This document shows positions 7,106-10,680 of a stretch of 10,680 bases of DNA, in pieces. The stretch is from Spirochaetes bacterium GWB1_27_13 (GTDB taxonomy: Bacteria > Spirochaetota > GWE2-31-10 > MWDO01), in contig MIAN01000171.1 of NCBI GenBank assembly GCA_001829125.1, positions 1-10,680 of the forward strand. Reading direction: 5' to 3'. The notes below the pieces were generated by a model. That model was not told the DNA's origin. It ran no database searches and saw only the letters and a program-made list of their open reading frames with translations. Made by a program: the position numbers and the translations under genes. Position 1 is the stretch's first letter. Every line of letters begins with the position of its first letter.

Positions 7106-8644
7106 ATGGTTGAAAAAAAATCTTTTTTTAAAGAATATTATCCTATTATTATAATTGCTTTCATAAAATTAGTTCTTCATTTTATTACAAATACAAATTT
7201 ACTTGGATATGGATACTTTATAGATGAATTTTATTATTATGCTTGTGCAATGAGGCTTGATTTTGGATATGTAGATCATCCACCATTAGCACCTTTTATT
7301 TTGCATTTAAATCACTTTATTTTAGGGGATTCTTTATTTGCATTGAGATTTTTGCCTGCATTAGCAGGTGCAGCCCTTGTTTTTTTAACTGGGATTATCA
7401 CAAAAGAATTAGGTGGTAAGACATTTGCTCAGATAATAGCAACTCTTGCAGTTACTTTTTCTCCTGTCATTTTGGTACTTAACAGTTTTTTTTCAATGAA
7501 TGCTTTTGAAGTTTTAATTTGGGTATTTACCGCTTATCTAATAATTCTTTTAATAAAAAAAGATAATCCTAAGATATGGATATTGATCGGAATTATTGCA
7601 GGTATTGGGCTTGAAAATAAGCATACTATGGTACTTTTTGGAATTGGTATGATTTTAGGACTTTTATTAACAAAAAACAGAAAATATATATTAAACAAAT
7701 GGTTTTTCATTGCAGGTATCATAGCATTCTTAATAATTTTACCAAATATTATTTGGCAGATAACTCATGGTTTTCCATCTCTTGAGTTTTATAAAAAGTC
7801 TGAACTTATTAAGGGTTTATCTTTGTCTCCACTAAATATTTTTATTATGCAAATTATTTCTTACAATCCGTTTTTTCTCCCGCTCTGGTTTGCAGGTATA
7901 ATTTATTTTTTCTTTCTTAAAGAAGGTAAAAACTATAGACTAATTGGATGGATATATTTATTTATTTTCCTAATTTTAATACTTCAAAAATCAAGCCGTC
8001 CAGATAGAATTGCTGGCTTATATCCACTTCTTTTTGCAGCTGGTGCAATACTTTTTGAAAATTTAATAATTAATATAAAGCAAAACTGGATAAGAATACT
8101 TGCTATATCTTTTGTTATAATTGGAGGATTAATTCTTCTACCATTTTCTCTTCCTGTTTTAACTCCAAAATTAACTGATAAATATCTCACATTTATAGGT
8201 TTAAATATCAAAATTGAAAAAGGTTCTAATCGCTCAAGGCTTCCACAATATCTTGCAGATAGACTCGACTGGGAAGAATTGATTAAAGAACTTTCAAAAG
8301 TTTATAATGATCTCCCAGAAGCAGAAAAGAAAAAAGCAGTAATAATTGCGGATAGTTATGCAACTGCCGGCTCAGCAGAATTTTTTGGTAAAAAATATAA
8401 TCTACCAAAAGTTATTTCAATACATAATAATTACCATTTGTGGGGTTATGATGGAGCAACAGGCGATATAATGATAACTTTTGGATTCAACGAACAAGAA
8501 GTATCAGAGTCTTTTGAAGAATACGAAGTAAAATCTGTTTTCAAATCCCAATACAGTAGATTGAATGGATTACAAATCTGTGTTGCCAAAAAATTAAAAT
8601 ACAATATAAAAGACATCTGGACATCGATTAAAAAATATGAGTAA
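7106..8644 (+). CDS. Glycosyltransferase family 39 (PMT/ArnT-like GT-C fold) integral membrane protein: N-terminal ~11-13 TM region plus a C-terminal ~150-aa soluble domain
   Basis: First extracytoplasmic loop carries the GT-C acidic motif and PMT/ArnT-like signature YFIDEFYYYACAMRLDFGYVDHPPLAPFIL. Many hydrophobic helices follow (LAGAALVFLTGIITK..., ILIGIIAGIGL..., FFIAGIIAFLIILPNIIW..., etc.), then a hydrophilic C-terminal domain. The start is embedded in the purine tract (AGAAAGAGAAAAATG). Confidence 0.75.
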   Translation: MVEKKSFFKEYYPIIIIAFIKLVLHFITNTNLLGYGYFIDEFYYYACAMRLDFGYVDHPPLAPFILHLNHFILGDSLFALRFLPALAGAALVFLTGIITKELGGKTFAQIIATLAVTFSPVILVLNSFFSMNAFEVLIWVFTAYLIILLIKKDNPKIWILIGIIAGIGLENKHTMVLFGIGMILGLLLTKNRKYILNKWFFIAGIIAFLIILPNIIWQITHGFPSLEFYKKSELIKGLSLSPLNIFIMQIISYNPFFLPLWFAGIIYFFFLKEGKNYRLIGWIYLFIFLILILQKSSRPDRIAGLYPLLFAAGAILFENLIINIKQNWIRILAISFVIIGGLILLPFSLPVLTPKLTDKYLTFIGLNIKIEKGSNRSRLPQYLADRLDWEELIKELSKVYNDLPEAEKKKAVIIADSYATAGSAEFFGKKYNLPKVISIHNNYHLWGYDGATGDIMITFGFNEQEVSESFEEYEVKSVFKSQYSRLNGLQICVAKKLKYNIKDIWTSIKKYE

Positions 8645-8662
8645 TTTTATTTTGTTCTATTT

Positions 8663-9613
8663 TTAAAAAGTTTTTGAGCGATTGAAGCGTATTTTTATAT
8701 AGAATTCAAACTGATTAATAAAACCATTATTTGGATTTGTTAAATCATACATTCCAGTATAATTTAAAGATAATTCAAGATATTTAATAGAATAATTTAT
8801 TAAACCATTAAATCCAATGTAATTATTAAATAAAGTGTTATTTTCATAACCATAGTAGAAAAGATTTACAAAATTTGTATATATTGAGACTCCGTAAAAA
8901 TTAAGTCCAATACCATTCTTTAAATTATTTTTTAATATTTTTTGATTATAATTATCATAAATATCAATATCCATATCATTCTCTGTCACTAATGAAAATT
9001 TAAATTTTCTTGGACCAAAAGTTCTAAAAAATTCATAACCTATTTTTATAGTATTTAGCGATGTTATGTTTATAAGACTTTGGTATGGATTATAATTTAT
9101 AGGAACAATTTGTTCAAAAGACCAGAAAAAACCATAATAATAATTGCCCTCAAATTTAACAGATGGATTAAAAGATATTGAAGGATAATCATAAAAAGGA
9201 GTATCCAAATCAATGCCAAAATCAAAAAACATTTTTATAGCATTTCTAAAATGAATTTCATTATTAAGATTTATAGAAAAAATATTACGAAGCAAATCCA
9301 TTCCTGTAAAATAGTCATAATAAACCAATGGATAAAAATCAACCACAAAAATATCATCTATCAGACAAGATATTGTCCAAATTTTGTATGGAAAAGAAAA
9401 GTTTAAATTGACTTCATTTAAAAGAAAAAGGTTTTCAGTTTGAGTTTGATTAAAATCATAAGTTTGAGATTGTTTATAATAGAATGAAAATAAAAAGTTT
9501 TTTTTTGAATCATTTGTTTCATCTGCATAAAAGAGTGATGATAACATAAATAAAAGAATGGAAATAATAATAATTTTTTTAACATCTGTTACCAAAATTA
9601 ACCCCTCACTCAT
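8663..9613 (-). CDS. Putative outer-membrane beta-barrel protein (signal peptide; Tyr/Asn/Phe/Gly-rich amphipathic beta-strands; C-terminal Phe)
   Basis: N-terminus MSEGLILVTDVKKIIIISILLFMLSSLFYA-DE looks like a signal peptide. The mature part is dominated by alternating aromatic/polar stretches (FLFSFYYKQSQTYDF, NFYGVSIYTNFVNLFYYGYEN, IGFNGLINYSIKYLELSLNYTGMYDL) and the protein ends ...FEFYIKIRFNRSKTF. The start ATG overlaps the stop of the upstream gene (ATGA, 9610-9613). Function is inferred from composition only. Confidence 0.5.
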   Translation of the reverse strand: MSEGLILVTDVKKIIIISILLFMLSSLFYADETNDSKKNFLFSFYYKQSQTYDFNQTQTENLFLLNEVNLNFSFPYKIWTISCLIDDIFVVDFYPLVYYDYFTGMDLLRNIFSINLNNEIHFRNAIKMFFDFGIDLDTPFYDYPSISFNPSVKFEGNYYYGFFWSFEQIVPINYNPYQSLINITSLNTIKIGYEFFRTFGPRKFKFSLVTENDMDIDIYDNYNQKILKNNLKNGIGLNFYGVSIYTNFVNLFYYGYENNTLFNNYIGFNGLINYSIKYLELSLNYTGMYDLTNPNNGFINQFEFYIKIRFNRSKTF

Positions 9614-10257
9614 TCTTCAAAAATAATCCATTCTATTGCACGATATTGTCGTTCCATTATATTTGCTTCATTTTGAAAATCTTTGTTTATTTTTAATAAT
9701 TTTTCTTTATCCATACTTTTTAGATTTTCAAAGTTATCTAATAAATTACCAATTCGGTTTTTAGAATCTTCTATATTATTTAATTGCTTTTTGATGAGTT
9801 TAGTGTCTTCTGGAGCTAAATTACCAATAAAATTGTCATTATCTTTAATAAATTGAGTTATTTTTACTTTTAACTCAATTAAACTATTCTCTATATCAGT
9901 AATATTCTGTTTTGTTTTAATTAATTTTGTGAGTTTAATACATATATTTTGAATTTCTACTAAAATATTTTTTCCACTATCAAGACGATTAATAAAATCT
10001 TTTTTTATTGCAGATAATTTTTCTTCTTTATAATTTTTATTAGTTTGTCCTTTGTCTGTATCTTTTTTTCTTGAGTCAATAATATCATCTTTCATAGAGG
10101 AATTTCGAGAATTTGGAGAAGTTTGTATTGTAGTATTTGATTTGTCAGAAGGTTGGTTTCCACCATCGCCTGTGTTTCCACCATTTCCTTTTGAGATTAT
10201 AAACTGAACAAAAAATATTAGAATAATAAAAATCAAAAACATCTTTTTTGTTTTCAT
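9610..10257 (-). CDS. Secreted/periplasmic protein of unknown function: signal peptide, Gly/Asn/Ser/Thr/Lys-rich low-complexity linker, C-terminal ~130-aa coiled-coil-like helical region
   Basis: MKTKKMFLIFIILIFFVQFIISKGNG (signal peptide, no lipobox Cys). GGNTGDGGNQPSDKSNTTIQTSPNSRNSSMKDD...KDTDKGQTNKNYKEEK is low complexity. A heptad-like helical region follows (LVEIQNICIKLTKLIKTKQNITDIENSLIELKVKITQFIKDN...IEDSKNRIGNLLDNFENLKSMDKEKLLKI). SD-like AGAGGGA immediately upstream of the ATG (minus strand). It is translationally coupled (ATGA) to the downstream beta-barrel gene. Confidence 0.65.
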   Translation of the reverse strand: MKTKKMFLIFIILIFFVQFIISKGNGGNTGDGGNQPSDKSNTTIQTSPNSRNSSMKDDIIDSRKKDTDKGQTNKNYKEEKLSAIKKDFINRLDSGKNILVEIQNICIKLTKLIKTKQNITDIENSLIELKVKITQFIKDNDNFIGNLAPEDTKLIKKQLNNIEDSKNRIGNLLDNFENLKSMDKEKLLKINKDFQNEANIMERQYRAIEWIIFEE

Positions 10258-10319
10258 AATCCCTCTTTAAAATAAAAAACATCACTGTATAAAAGTTACC
10301 ATATACCAATAAAAAAATC

Positions 10320-10366
10320 AATAAAAAGAAGTAAAATGACAACTTTATTTCAAATTGTCATTCTAC
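10320..10366 (-). terminator. Candidate rho-independent terminator on the minus strand: 12-bp stem (one G-U wobble) GUAGAAUGACAA/UUGUCAUUUUAC, 12-nt loop, followed by a U-rich tract
   Basis: On the + strand, 10331-10342 gtaaaatgacaa and 10355-10366 ttgtcattctac are reverse complements with one mismatch; the core AATGACAA/TTGTCATT (10335-10342 / 10355-10362) is perfect. In the minus-strand RNA the stem is followed by UUCUUUUUAUUGAUUUUUUUAUU. It sits 14 nt after the stop (10380) of the upstream minus-strand gene and ~70 nt before the next start (10257). AT-rich stem and a large loop, so moderate confidence only. Confidence 0.4.
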
Positions 10367-10379
10367 CTCTCAAGGCATC

Positions 10380-10680
10380 TTATTGAATAGTTACATTACT
10401 AATAGTTGTTATTTCTCCAACATTAATAAGTTTGTCTTGTATATCTACTGTCGCATCAGTTGTCTCAACTTTTAAGTCATAAGTACCAGCTTCAAGATAA
10501 CCTATCATCCAATCACCACTTGCATCACAAATAGTCCCAGCATAAGGTATGCTTAAACCATCTTGATATGCAGTTACAGTAATAGTTTTTCCTACTATTG
10601 GGGTTACGCTACCTTTAAAAGCACCAGTTGTATTAACAAAAGCCAATCTTGTAACAGGAGTAATAGTGTAAGAATATTGA
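10380..10680 (-). CDS. 3' end of a larger gene extending beyond the window; C-terminal carboxypeptidase-regulatory-like (CarboxypepD_reg / Ig-like beta-sandwich) domain
   Basis: The minus-strand frame is open from the window edge (QYSYTITPVTRLAFVNTTGAFKGSVTPIVGKTITVTAYQDGLSIPYAGTICDASGDWMIGYLEAGTYDLKVETTDATVDIQDKLINVGEITTISNVTIQ*). The listed M at 10646 is a TTG, not a real start. The pattern GxVxxxxGxPxxxAxVxxxxxGxxxTDxxGxFxxxxLxxGxYxLxV is typical of CarboxypepD_reg-like domains. Confidence 0.55.
   Translation of the reverse strand, partial: QYSYTITPVTRLAFVNTTGAFKGSVTPIVGKTITVTAYQDGLSIPYAGTICDASGDWMIGYLEAGTYDLKVETTDATVDIQDKLINVGEITTISNVTIQ

Noticed and set aside
8663-9613. Checked whether the 316-aa barrel is a TonB-dependent receptor or autotransporter
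   Set aside because: Far too short for a TonB-dependent receptor (no plug domain or TonB box seen), and no passenger/linker architecture. Left as a generic small outer-membrane barrel.
10145-10342. 65-aa minus-strand ORF (MSFYFFLLIF...) spanning the start of the 215-aa gene and the upstream palindrome
   Set aside because: It overlaps the signal-peptide-coding region of the better-supported 215-aa gene in another frame and covers the promoter/terminator region. Its W/K/R-rich tail is translation of an A/T-rich spacer. Probably spurious.
1-10680. tRNA/rRNA genes, CRISPR repeats, transposase or integrase ORFs, terminal inverted repeats
   Set aside because: No T-loop-like GGTTCGAnTCC or GC-rich cloverleaf islands, no regularly spaced direct repeats, and no ORFs with transposase or integrase hallmarks. 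Gene content looks like core chromosome rather than a mobile or accessory island.

Overview
AT-rich bacterial chromosomal window (roughly 25-30% GC by eye, not computed), densely coding with short intergenic spacers. Gene order: a 5'-truncated methyl-accepting chemotaxis protein (Cache-like sensor end, TM, HAMP, MCP signalling domain); a soluble SPFH/band-7 family protein; a tightly coupled mcsA-mcsB-clpC protein-quality-control operon with no ctsR in front of it; a GT-C fold family-39 (PMT/ArnT-like) membrane glycosyltransferase; then, convergent on the minus strand, a translationally coupled pair (a secreted low-complexity/coiled-coil protein and a putative outer-membrane beta-barrel) lying downstream of the 3' end of a larger gene whose C-terminus looks like a carboxypeptidase-regulatory-like beta-sandwich domain. 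No tRNA, rRNA, CRISPR array, transposase or integrase signature was seen. The outer-membrane-like barrel suggests a diderm organism and the MCP suggests motility. The features worth a second look are: (1) the McsB homologue, which by by-eye alignment to Bacillus McsB/phosphagen-kinase motifs appears to lack the catalytic Cys and several ATP-binding Arg, so it may be a pseudokinase/adaptor; (2) a CtsR-box-like direct repeat with a 9-bp (not 10-bp) period upstream of mcsA; (3) a perfect 21-bp polypyrimidine/polypurine hairpin plus a ~40-nt purine tract running into the glycosyltransferase start codon; (4) the TM-less SPFH protein with an internally duplicated N-terminal beta-module and no NfeD partner; and (5) the uncharacterised secreted-protein/beta-barrel envelope module. 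These are calibrated observations, not database-verified calls.
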